Shown piece after piece: positions 1 through 9,012 of a DNA stretch of 14,110 bases (positions are counted from its first letter, which is position 1; every line of letters starts with the position of its first letter). The stretch covers positions 1 to 14,110 of the forward strand of contig CAXHJY010000452.1 in assembly GCA_964016885.1 (NCBI GenBank), given 5' to 3'. Below the pieces are notes generated by a model. That model was not told the DNA's origin, made no database searches, and saw nothing but the letters and a program-made list of their open reading frames with translations. The stretch comes from Eledone cirrhosa (lineage: Eukaryota). Made by a program: the position numbers and the translations under genes.

Positions 1-1205
1 ACACTACAACACACACACACCACACCACACACATCACACACACACACCACCCAACACACTTCACACACACTACACACACACCACACACTACACTACACAC
101 CACACACACTCACACACACTCACACTACACACACACACACACACTTACCACACACTACACTACACACACTACACACTACACTCACACACACACACACACA
201 CACACTACACACACACACACTACACTCACACTACACACACAACACCAACACACACACACACTACGACACTCACACACACATACACACACACACACACTCA
301 CTACACACACAACACACTCACACACACACAGACACCACACCACACACACTACACACTACATCCCACACACACACACACACACTACCACTACACACACACT
401 ACACACACCCACACACACACACTCCACACCACACACACACACACACTACCACCACACTCACACTACACACACTACACACACACACACACACTACTCACAC
501 CACACACACACTCACTACACACACGACACCACACACACACACACCACACCAGCACACACACACATCACACCACCACACGACACACTACCACACACACTCA
601 CCACACACACACACACACACACTACACACCACACACTACACACTACACACACACACACACACACACTACACACACACACACCACACACACACACACACAC
701 GACACTCACACCACACACTCACACACACACACACCTACACACACACACACACCACTCACACACACACACACCACACACACTCACACAACACACACACACA
801 CACACACATCACACACTACACACACTCACCACACACTCTACTACACACACACACACCACACACACCACACACCACACACACACTCACACACACACACAAC
901 ACCACACACACACTCACCACACACCACTCACACACACACACACACTACACACACATCACACTCACTACACCACACACACACATCTCACACGACACACACA
1001 CACACACCACACACACACACACTACACACACACACCACACGACCACGACCACAACACAGCACACACACAACTACACACTCACACTACACACATCACACCA
1101 CACACACTACTACCACACACACACACCCCACACACACTACAGCAGCACACCCACACACACTACCACACACACACACTCCAGCACACACATACACACACTA
1201 CACAA
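1..1205. repeat. Degenerate (CA)n/(TG)n microsatellite, ~1.2 kb
   Basis: Almost pure C/A alternation with frequent CTA, CTC and CCA interruptions. It runs off the window start. Confidence 0.95.
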
Positions 1206-1299
1206 ACAACCCCACCCAACCCTAAACCTCCCTCCACTGCATCAAACCCCCAACCCACAGTGCCCACCCCCCACCCGCGTTCCCACCACGGTCGCCTTC

Positions 1300-2029
1300 C
1301 CGCATGGTGGCAATCCAGCTGCTAGTGCCTCCCTGGCCTCTTTATCAAATTCCAATGTTTCCTCTGCCTTTGGGACAGCAGAGCCACCTCTGACCATTAC
1401 AAAAGAAAGAACTGGGAGCAGCGAACAGAATTTGTAGTTGGGACCCGGAACGTCATGTGTGGCCACTGGTTGATCCCAGGATTGTGCTCATGCCGCCACT
1501 GCACATTAAGTTGGGGTTGATGAAGCAGTTTGTGAAGGCTCTCAACCAAGAATCAGCCGCTTTTAAGTACCTTCATGAATTCTTCCCCACGTTATCTGAG
1601 GCCAAAATCAAAGGTGGAATTTTTGTTGGACCTCAGATAAAGAAGGTGTTTGAGTCTACCGTGTTCTCCAATAAGCCCAATAGAATTGAGAGAACAGCAT
1701 GGAACTGTTTCAAGTCAGTTGTTAAGGGCTTCCTGGGCAACTACAGAGCTGAAAACGACCAGCAACTGGTGCAGGATCTGATAAAGGCTTTTGGCGCCAT
1801 GGATGCAGGATGTTGCTTAAGCTCCATATGCTGGACGCTCAGCTGGAAAAATTCAAGGACAATATGGGCGCCTACTCCGAAGAACAAGGCGAACGATTCC
1901 ACCAAGATGTGAAAGAGATAGAGCGGAGGTACCAGGGCCATTACAATGAAAAAATGACTATATCTGGGGGCTAGTGCGGATTGCGACCTGGACTACAACC
2001 GCAAATCCAGGAAATCCAGTCATTTCTGA
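1300..2029 (+). pseudogene. Frameshifted C-terminal half of a Chapaev3/CMC-like DDE transposase
   Basis: Joined frames read FIKFQCFLCLWDSRATSDHYKRKNWEQRTEFVVGTRNVM (1341-1457) / WPLVDPRIVLMPPLHIKLGLMKQFVKAL...EAKIKGGIFVGPQIKK...FLGNYRAEND (1460-~1800) / GCRMLLKLHMLDAQLEKFKDNMGAYSEEQGERFHQDVKEIERRYQGHYNEKM (from 1801) / DYIWGLVR / DCDLDYNRKSRKSSHF* (TGA 2027-2029). CFLCxWDSR, PPLHIKLGL and SxEQGERFHQD are motifs I recognise from this widespread invertebrate transposase family. Four frameshifts at ~1457, ~1801, ~1955 and ~1979. Confidence 0.85.
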
Positions 2030-2257
2030 CATGTATAAGTTACTTTATAAGTGTTATTTGTTTTTACTTGTTTGCTTTTGATAAGCTTGTGTAATAAAAT
2101 AAATATATAATATGTTGATTTAATTATATGAACTGATAAATTTAAAAGCAATGTGTTTCTTGAAAAATATGAACATTTCGAGATATGAATCTCCTGACCA
2201 CAAACCCAAACTTCTGATTAAATAATAGTGTTGTTTTTTATAATAGTTGTTTGTGCT

Positions 2258-2422
2258 TTTGGCACAAGGCCAGCAAATACCCATTTCATTACTGGTACTT
2301 TATTTTATCAACCCGGTAAGGATGAAAGGAAAAGTTAAGCTCGACGGATTTGAACTCAGACTGTAAAGGGACGTAACTATGCTGGAAAGCATGGCGTCCG
2401 ACCCTCTACTGATACTGCCAAT
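2258..2422 (-). mobile_element. tRNA-derived SINE (Octopus-type), internally deleted, nested in the Chapaev3 3' region
   Basis: The minus strand reads TGGCAGTATCAGTAG (A-box-like, 2420-2406)...GAGTTCAAATCC (B box, ~2357-2346)...CTTTCATCCTTACCGGGTTGATAAAATAAAGTACCAGT...TGCTGGCCTTGTGCC. This matches my recollection of an abundant Octopus SINE. Confidence 0.8.
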
Positions 2423-2563
2423 TCAATGGGATATAACAAACCATGAAATGACACTTAGAACCGGGGAAGAAAAAGTCTGTTACACGGTGTAATCATACAA
2501 TTCTGTGCATATGTATATATACATGTGTTTATATGTATGCCAACATTTCAGCTTGTGTATTAT

Positions 2564-2611
2564 ATGCGTGTGTATTATATGCGTGTGTATTATATCTGTG
2601 TATTATATCTG
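2564..2611. repeat. Short tandem repeat, unit TGTGTATTATATGCG (~3.5 copies, decaying)
   Basis: tgtgtattatatgcg x2, then tgtgtattatatc tgtgtattatatctg. Confidence 0.8.
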
Positions 2612-2903
2612 ACACTCAAATCGATCATCACATTATGAGTTGTATGATGAAGATGTCGCGTGTTAATGTGGTCTCCCACTGGCCCGTGATACCAGAAATA
2701 CAAAAGTATGTCTGGTGTATACGTTTTAATGTTTATTTCAATAGATATCCCAATGTAAATACGGGAGCGTATATTTTGGTATCAATTCTCAGCGATAGAT
2801 AAACTTCTTTACCTATTCCCTTTCGGATATCTATAAATATATTTATACAATTATAAATATATTTATACTTTGTTATAAAATGCATTTTTTGTCAGTATTT
2901 CAA

Positions 2904-2948
<45 letters not shown>

Positions 2949-2952
2949 ATAT

Positions 2953-3007
2953 ATACTCTTTTACCTGTCTCAGCCATCCGGCTGAGGCCATGCTGGGGCA
3001 CCGCCCT
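2953..3007 (-). mobile_element. 3'-tail fragment of a second Octopus-type SINE between (TA)n tracts
   Basis: TACTCTTTTACCTGTCTCAGCCATCCGGCTGAGGCCATGCTGGGGCACCGCC resembles the common Octopus repeat tail (TACTCTTTTACTTGTTTCAGTCAT..GACTGCGGCCATGCTGGAGCACCGCC, from memory). Confidence 0.65.
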
Positions 3008-3011
3008 ATGT

Positions 3012-3053
<42 letters not shown>

Positions 3054-3103
3054 CATACATATTTGGTTGTGTGGGTATGCATGTATGTAAATATGCACAC
3101 ACA

Positions 3104-3201
3104 CAGTGTGTTCCAAAAAATGTATACACACTTCAACAGCATTCTAATAAATATTGCCTGTACAAGTAATCAAAATGTGTATACCTTTGTGGGACACCCT
3201 G
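3104..3201. mobile_element. ~98 bp Tc1/mariner-type MITE
   Basis: Left TIR CAGTGTGTTCCAAAAAATGTATACACA versus the reverse complement of the right TIR, CAGGGTGTCCCACAAAGGTATACACA. The right end is followed by TA (3202-3203); the left flank is CA inside a CA tract. Confidence 0.75.
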
Positions 3202-3560
3202 TATGTATATATATATATATTCTTATCTCCTCTGTATCTCTGTATCTTTATTGTTTTACATCTTTATATTTCTTTTACTTTTGTATTCCTCTATTTCTTT
3301 ATTTCCTTACTGCTTACTTCAAACACTATAGCAGCGGACGTCAGGGAGACGAGACGTCACGTAATTTTGAGTACATTAACTTGTCTACAGATAGTGATAA
3401 TGGCCGCTAAATTATAGGATGGCCTCAACTGTGATTTGGCCGAATACAAATCAAAAAGTAGAATGTGGTGTTGACAAAACAATTTGACCGAGTGTGTGAC
3501 AGCCAATATGAAGGAATCGACATAATATTGAAACTCTCAGATGTGATTCTACATGTCAAC

Positions 3561-3652
3561 ACACATCTGAAGAGCTTCCAATTCCAGAGTGAGGCTAGAT
3601 CAATAATCAATCGTTCCAAGAGCTGATCGTCACTGAAACATATGTAATATGT
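3561..3652 (+). ncRNA. Degenerate type I hammerhead ribozyme motif (insertion before stem II)
   Basis: ACACAT-CTGAAGA(3567-3573)-[14 nt]-AGTGA...TCACT-GAAA(3635-3638)-CATATG-TA|ATATGT. Stem I pairs 5 of 6, stem III is palindromic, the triplet is GUA, and ATTAAA follows at 3654. Confidence 0.4.
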
Positions 3653-3859
3653 AATTAAATATGTATATGATACACCACTGATTCGTTTCTCATATATTAA
3701 TGTTATTGATAATCTGCTCCCTACGAGCAACTACTGTTCATTCGGCACACCACCTACAAACGCAATTAATTTTCACCTTTAATATATATATATTGTTATA
3801 CTTGAGGAGGGTCATATTTGTGTAATGATATTGCCAGAATTTATAACAGAACACACTCA

Positions 3860-3873
3860 CTATATATATATAA

Positions 3874-3918
<45 letters not shown>
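3860..3918. repeat. (TA)n microsatellite
   Basis: Read directly. Further short (TA)n tracts lie at ~2905-2955, 3015-3055, 4346-4366, 5062-5082, 5834-5902, 6815-6845, 6975-6988 and 7208-7232. Confidence 0.95.
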
Positions 3919-3922
<4 letters not shown>

Positions 3923-4004
3923 AATGTTCTATTTAAAATTGTTGGGATACAACAAGTAAATCTTTTATAACTGATATAAAGCACTCGACAAGTTTTTGGA
4001 GTAG

Positions 4005-4350
4005 ATATACGATATTAAATAAATGGAAACTATTTATAAAACCATATTTATTTCATTATACATATTTCAGGGATACCAAATTAAAATATGGTATGCCTTC
4101 ATCAGACAAAATACAATATATAAACAGTTTTATAAATAATTTTGACGTACCCTATTAGTTGCAACCATTATTTTTGGAAGCTGTCTGGATAGTGAGATGT
4201 TTATAATTATTTTATTAGTTATAGTGTTAAGCACAGTTAGAAAAAGACGGAGAGAAAGAAACCATATTTTCATTTGGAATCCCTGAAATATGTATAATGA
4301 AATAAATATGGTTTTATAAATATAGTTTCCATTTATTTAATATCGTATAT
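4005..4350. repeat. Long inverted repeat (arms 4005-4092 and 4261-4350), probable Penelope-like inverted pseudo-LTR
   Basis: The ~88 bp arms differ by 2 substitutions and one TA indel, with a 168 bp spacer. The left arm overlaps a hammerhead motif and the right arm runs directly into (TA)n. Confidence 0.9.
4049..4113 (-). ncRNA. Minimal type I hammerhead ribozyme
   Basis: Minus strand: TATTTTGT-CTGATGA-AGGCATACCA-TATTTTAATT-TGGTATCCCT-GAAA-T-ATGT-A-TA|ATGAAATA. The core is canonical, stem II pairs 9 of 10, stem I is 8 bp with 2 G.U pairs, and the triplet is AUA. Predicted cleavage is between 4057 and 4056. Confidence 0.75.
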
Positions 4351-4669
4351 ATATATATATATATATTGTGTGTGTGTGTACGTATGTAATTGTGTACTTA
4401 TAACATGTAGGAAGTTCAGACGCATGAAATACTATATACTCATATGATACCAAAGAGCTTATAAAAATCAGGTAGAGACTCACAGAGACAATATTTACCT
4501 AATTTGTATAAGTTACTTTATAGTAACTGACAGTAATTGCAGTTACTTTCTGCATTAGAATTACCTCCAGCATGTAGTATGTTCGAGAATTCGAGCTTCT
4601 CACATTAACTTGGTCTATATTTTTAAAGGCTATTTTATTCCCCTCTGTAGAGGGTAGGATGTTGTCAGG

Positions 4670-4740
4670 TGTCCGTTAGCTCGATGGGTAAAACACATAA
4701 CCGTTATCTATGATAAACGGATTTCGAATATACGTAGCTG
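4670..4740 (+). mobile_element. Possible decayed tRNA-like SINE head
   Basis: TAGCTCGATGG (A-box-like, ~4677) and GGATTTCGAATA (degenerate B box, ~4719) at tRNA-like spacing. No proper cloverleaf forms. Confidence 0.3.
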
Positions 4741-5247
4741 TCGCTGTATCATTTTTTCCAACTGTCTGTGTCTTTACCCGATTTTTATTTACTATTATTC
4801 TTTAGACACTGCCTGTAATTGTAGTTATTTTCTGGTGCTCAGCTACCTTCTCATCCTACGGATTTTTTTTCCACGGCGCCTAAGTTCGAATATTAAAGCT
4901 TCACACACGTTTGCTTATAGACACGCGCGGATATAAATATGGATTGAGAGGGACGAGGCTGCGTGGTTACAGATATCGAGTGTTAGAAAAGGGAACACAA
5001 TCAAGAGATAGACATGTTCCCGTCATCAGTTGTCTACTACGGGTCACGGGTGTTTCAGCGCATATATATAAATATATATATACGGGGTAACAAATAATTG
5101 TTATATGCAGTCCACTTAGGTGTAGTCCAGTTATGGTACTCCGAGTAGTGGATGATATCAACGCTTGGCTAAGTTTGACTCAACAAGGCGTTTCCTTAGT
5201 GATGCTGCGAGTACGCTGTAATTCCTATGTTGTAAACACTTGGAGTA

Positions 5248-5409
5248 ATAATAAATGAGGAAAGAAGGTTGACATGGTTTGCTATACAAAAAAGGTTTTT
5301 GATCTCATTGCTAACAATTGTTTCTCTGAACTGGTAGGTCTTGAGATCGCCAATACAAAGTTATAACCAGTCAGTTCATCGGAGCTTGCGAGAATGAAGA
5401 GAATATACA
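5248..5409 (-). repeat. Left arm of second long inverted repeat (partner 6626-6817), containing a hammerhead-like motif at ~5302-5393
   Basis: The reverse complement matches 6626-6817 apart from scattered substitutions and a 30 bp indel. The minus strand reads CTCGCAAGCT-CCGATGA-A-CTGACTGGT...ACCAGTTCAG-A-GAAA-CAATTG-TT|AGCAATGAG. Confidence 0.9.
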
Positions 5410-5831
5410 GTCTACTATAAGAGTAGTAATGACATTCAGTTAGAACAATAACAACAATATCAACAATGCTAGCAATAAATTATTTGAAATAATCACACCA
5501 TCAATCTAGGTGGGAAGTTTAGTATATCTATGATTTTAGCGTGTAAAACTAGCTGACATGAGGCAGATGTATAAAATTGACATCTAAAAACTGTCGTAGA
5601 GTGTATTATATCAAGTCTAAAGATAAGCTTGTGTTTTTAAACAATGTAGGTCAGGTGGCCGTAATAGTCGGTTTTTATCTGACCGATGAAGGATTCATCA
5701 CTGTAGTGGAATTTGTGTGGTCTATATTAGGTGAGAGGGCTGTCTAGCTTTCTCATCATCAATAACATACATGTATAAGACAACACTAACCAAGCTAAAT
5801 AATGTGCAAGTTAATACAGAGGTTAAGGAGG

Positions 5832-5868
<37 letters not shown>

Positions 5869-5910
5869 AACACATGCACACAAACATATATATATATATA
5901 TACACACACA

Positions 5911-6519
5911 TGGTGGCTGCCAACTCGTTTTCGAGTACGGCCACTACTTTATATCCATGTAGGAGAACCCCTACCGATGCGTTGAACGAGTGTGACTTTT
6001 TAGTCCAGCCAGCGACTTGAAAACTCTGGTACAAACATTACACTTGTGACAATTATTGACACATAGTGCTGGGCCCATGGTACCATGTGACGACAAGTGC
6101 AGAGAGATCTCCAGATATAAAGCAATGCTTGTGCCGTGAAGCTTTTATAGTGAGCAAAGGCACTGCACAAAGCCAGTCCCACTCTCTTAACCAAGATTAT
6201 ATTTACCAAAAAGAAGAACAAGTCAACATCATTGGATACCATCAGGGTTGCAGGTGTTATATCAGAGTTTTCCTTCTTCTAGAATTCTGCCTTGACAAAG
6301 GCTAAGGGGTCATCTCTCCCGGTGATTTTGGATGGCCATTGACCCTTAAGATCTCCTTTGCCCTTTGACAGGTTTTGTTTTTAGTCCTGCAGGATGTCCA
6401 AAGTCACCCTCCTCACCAAGAAACCTTGGTGGGGTTGTCAGTTTAGTCGCCAACGACCCTACCATGAGACAGGTTGTACTGGGATACATGTTACCAGTAG
6501 CACCAACTGGTGACCTGAC
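5911..6519 (-). mobile_element. Internally deleted, non-autonomous RTE-clade LINE derivative (5' UTR fused to 3' end)
   Basis: The 5' part has the RTE-type UTR motif GGCAGAATTCTAGAAGAAGGAAAACTCTGA. The 3' part encodes the terminal C2H2 finger HKCNVCTRVFKSLAGLKSHTRSTHR* (6048-5971), followed by the stem-loop GTGGCCGTACTCG-AAAA-CGAGTTGGCAGCCAC (5944-5913). Candidate TSD ATATACACACACA at 5898-5910 and 6520-6532. Confidence 0.75.
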
Positions 6520-6625
6520 ATATACACACACACATACATACATACATACAAAGAGAAAACATGCTGACTATAATTATAGCAAGAGGAAGGTAAAGTTCTG
6601 TTGTAGTAGTATTTTGAAATCTTCT

Positions 6626-6811
6626 TGTATATTCTCTTCATCTCGCAAGCTCCGATGAACTGACTGGTTATAACTTTGTATTGGCGATCAAGTAACGTGA
6701 AAATAAGCGGATAGCGATCTCTAGACCTACCTGTTCAGAGAAACAATTGTCAGCAATGAGATTAAAAACCTTTTTTTGTATAGCAAACCGTGTCAATCTT
6801 CTTTCCTGATT

Positions 6812-6817
<6 letters not shown>
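6626..6817 (+). repeat. Right arm of second long inverted repeat (Penelope-like pseudo-LTR candidate)
   Basis: Inverted copy of 5248-5409 with 30 extra bp bounded by GCGATC direct repeats. It ends in (TA)n at 6815. Confidence 0.9.
6640..6762 (+). ncRNA. Variant type I hammerhead motif (CCGAUGA core, long stem II)
   Basis: ATCTC-GCAA-GCT-CCGATGA(6652-6658)-A-CTGA...TCAG-A-GAAA(6740-6743)-CAATTG-TC|AGC-AAT-GAGAT. Stem I is GCT/AGC plus ATCTC/GAGAT around an internal loop, stem III is palindromic, and the triplet is GUC. Confidence 0.6.
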
Positions 6818-6848
<31 letters not shown>

Positions 6849-6882
6849 AAAGAACACAAGAGCGTCTACAACATCAAAAGAT

Positions 6883-6942
6883 TTTTATTGGCTTACAATG
6901 TTTCTTCCTTACGTAACCGTAGGATTCGTGAGAGCTATAAAA
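6883..6942 (-). ncRNA. Variant or degenerate hammerhead motif (CUCACGA core)
   Basis: Minus strand: TTTTAT-A-GCT-CTCACGA-A-TCCTACG-GTTA-CGTAAGGA-A-GAAA-CATTG-TA|AGC-CA-ATAAAA. All three stems form, but G5 is replaced by C. Confidence 0.5.
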
Positions 6943-7039
6943 GTGGTTTGATTGGTGTTATGGACTCTACCAACTATATATATATATAAAATAAAATAAA
7001 ATAAATAAGTCAAATGTTTAAAATGTGGCCTCGTTTATT

Positions 7040-7094
7040 ACTGCTATATATATTTCAGTGACAGCCATCTTTGGGTTTGACCTCTTCAGGCAGT
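7040..7094 (-). ncRNA. Minimal type I hammerhead ribozyme with intact core
   Basis: Minus strand: ACTGC-CTGAAGA-GGT(CAAACCCAAAGATGGCTGTC)ACT-GAAA-T-ATAT-A-TA|GCAGT-AATAAA. Stem I is a perfect 5 bp, stem II is weak, stem III is palindromic TATATA, and the triplet is AUA. Predicted cleavage is between 7045 and 7044. Confidence 0.7.
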
Positions 7095-7269
7095 CCGAAT
7101 TAGTGTGGTAGAGACGAGTACACATGTTGTTGAGGTGTATAACTTTGTCAATACTCTGATATGCCCAGTTCCTGGTTGGGTTGTTATTTCACTGAGGAAC
7201 TGGAATCATATATATATATATATATATATATATTACACTCGCACACACACAAAATACTTCCATGTGATC

Positions 7270-8015
7270 TTGATTCTTGGATACTGACAGATTGAATATC
7301 GAATTTAAAATACCGTGTTTGTATTTTACAAGTTGCCCTTTTTGTGATTCTCGAAAGCTGAAACCACCACATTGCCACTCGAGCTCCTACAGTTCTTACA
7401 CTTAATTCAGCCTCCTGATTTCTATCCCACGTCAACACGACCCTGGGATACTTGAAATTCTCCAAATGGTTCAGTGGAAATCGACTGAGAGAACACGTGT
7501 CTCAGTCTTCGCAACACTGAATTGAATTCCTTCAGTGCAGCACTCAACATCACATCTGCCAGATCCCATTCTGACTAATTAAGTGACACTGTGTCGTCTG
7601 CAAGTTCGAGACGACTGATCCTACGTCCACCAGTCATGATTCCACTTCCAACCGGCTGCGCATTTTAATCGATTTCGTGATGATTGAATTCATGAAAACT
7701 AAGAGTGACAAGATGCATCTTTGGTGGAGTCTAACACCGTTATTGAATAGGTTCGGCTTAGTACCATTTATCCGATTACAAATACTATGGAATTCTACAG
7801 AAATATCAGGGCTGCAAGAGGTAGCCTATTGCTCACATACTCCTGCAGAATATGCCAGAACATTTCCCATGAAACGCAGTCATATACCTTTACAAAATAT
7901 ATCAAACAAGCATACACCTGGTGGTAATACTCGCAAGATTTCGCAACGACCTGCCGCAGCATGAATAAGTGTTACACTTTAAAACATCTGGTGTGAAAAC
8001 CACACTCTTCGTCAG
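7270..8015 (-). pseudogene. Decayed reverse transcriptase of a non-LTR retrotransposon (RTE-like)
   Basis: Minus-strand translation gives DEECGFHTRCFKV*HLFMLRQVVAKSCEYYHQVYACLIYFVKVYDCVSWEMFWHILQEY (compare QxGFR..IFxLRQ..KAYD), NGVRLHQRCILSLLVF (compare GxRQGCxLSPLLF), GGRRISRLELADDTVSL (ADD at 7601-7593) and ENFKYPRVVLTWDRNQEAEL (compare FKYLG). Multiple stops and frameshifts. Confidence 0.85.
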
Positions 8016-8749
8016 TTAGCTGATTTGGGTAATATAGACACTCAATTTATACGTTATAGAAGGTAAAATGCAGTTAAATCAGCTTAGAAGAAAGTACAAT
8101 ATTCTAAGTAGGCAATGTAAATCTGGAATAATATCGATAAAATTTAATTCACAATTTGGTGAAGAGATAAATTTTACGAATACTTAAATGTATATTATCA
8201 TTTTGTATTAGCCCATTTTATATATTAAATAGAAATATAATAATCATTATTAGAGAAACTGTAAGAATTTGGAAATTGTAAATGATTGCTCGTAATGTGC
8301 TGATTTCTTTAAAATAAATTCATTATGTAAATATACGCATTAGGTTGAGGTGAATATTTCTCAAGAACATATAGTTATTTTTACATGTTTTAAATATTTT
8401 GTTCTTTATATATTCTACATCTATAGCATTAATGTTTATAAAATAATGTTTCGTGGTTGTGGTTTTGGTCGAGTGGTGTAACATAAATCTAAGCACAAAT
8501 AATATATTAGATAATATGATTTATTCGAAGAATATTCATCAGGCGTTTAGCCATTCGTTGATAAACAATTATTCATGATAGAACAAAACGAGAAATATGA
8601 TTGCAGTTCATTAACGACAAGGAAAACAAATATCAACGGAAAAAAGGGAAAACTTAAATAAAACGAGGAGAGGAGTGAATAATCATGTTAAGAATAAATA
8701 ACAAGTTAAATATATTGGACTGTACTTGAGGATTTGTTTATTTTTCCGA

Positions 8750-9012
8750 GGAAGAGAGGGAGAGAGAGAGACATAGAGAGAGGGGCGTGGCGAAAAAGAT
8801 AGGAAGTGAGTGTATATGTAAGAGAGCGCGTGAGCGTTTGTAAGTGTGAGTACTGTGTGCCTGTGTATGCATAACTGTCTGTATGTTTGAGTCCTTTGTG
8901 TTTGTGTGTGAGTGATTCTTGTTTACTTGTGTGTGTGAGTGATCCATGTGTGTGTGTGTGTGTGTGTGTTTCTATGTGTATGTGCGTGTTTGTGCATGTT
9001 CGTGTGTGCGTG
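8750..9012. repeat. Compound (GA)n/(TG)n low-complexity region
   Basis: GA-rich from 8750 to 8830, grading into TG repeats, with a pure tract at ~8947-8968. Confidence 0.85.

Larger units (their letters stand above)
1300..2489 (+). mobile_element. 5'-truncated Chapaev3-like DNA transposon with right terminus
   Basis: The transposase remnant is followed by an AT-rich 3' region ending AAAAGTCTGTTACACGGTG (2471-2489), then TAA (2490-2492). This fits Chapaev3 CAC...GTG termini and a TWA target-site duplication. The left end is not in the window. Confidence 0.7.

Noticed and set aside
515-718. Cys/Val-rich ORF, and similar HT/CV/YI ORFs at 2880-3417, 5722-6034, 8706-9072 and 9299-9738
   Set aside because: These are microsatellite translations, not metallothionein-like or real proteins.
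2832-2867. Duplicated palindrome TATAAATATATTTATA
   Set aside because: AT-only and easily produced by slippage, with no evidence of function.
3310-3630. Possible host exon (AG acceptor-like sites, open frame ~3462-3626)
   Set aside because: No recognisable protein similarity or clear splice pair, and it overlaps a hammerhead-like repeat.
5680-5715. CCGATGAAGG followed by a hairpin
   Set aside because: No GAAA or cleavage triplet follows, so it is too incomplete to call.
5971-6048. C2H2 zinc finger as an exon of a host ZNF gene
   Set aside because: It is a single finger with no TGEKP linker, followed by an RTE-type 3' stem-loop, so it is better explained as a LINE ORF C-terminus.
7677-7964. 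95 aa plus-strand ORF
   Set aside because: It is antisense to the decayed RT and has no recognisable domain.
8520-8548. CTGATGA...GAAT on the minus strand
   Set aside because: It has GAAT instead of GAAA, and stems I and II do not pair.
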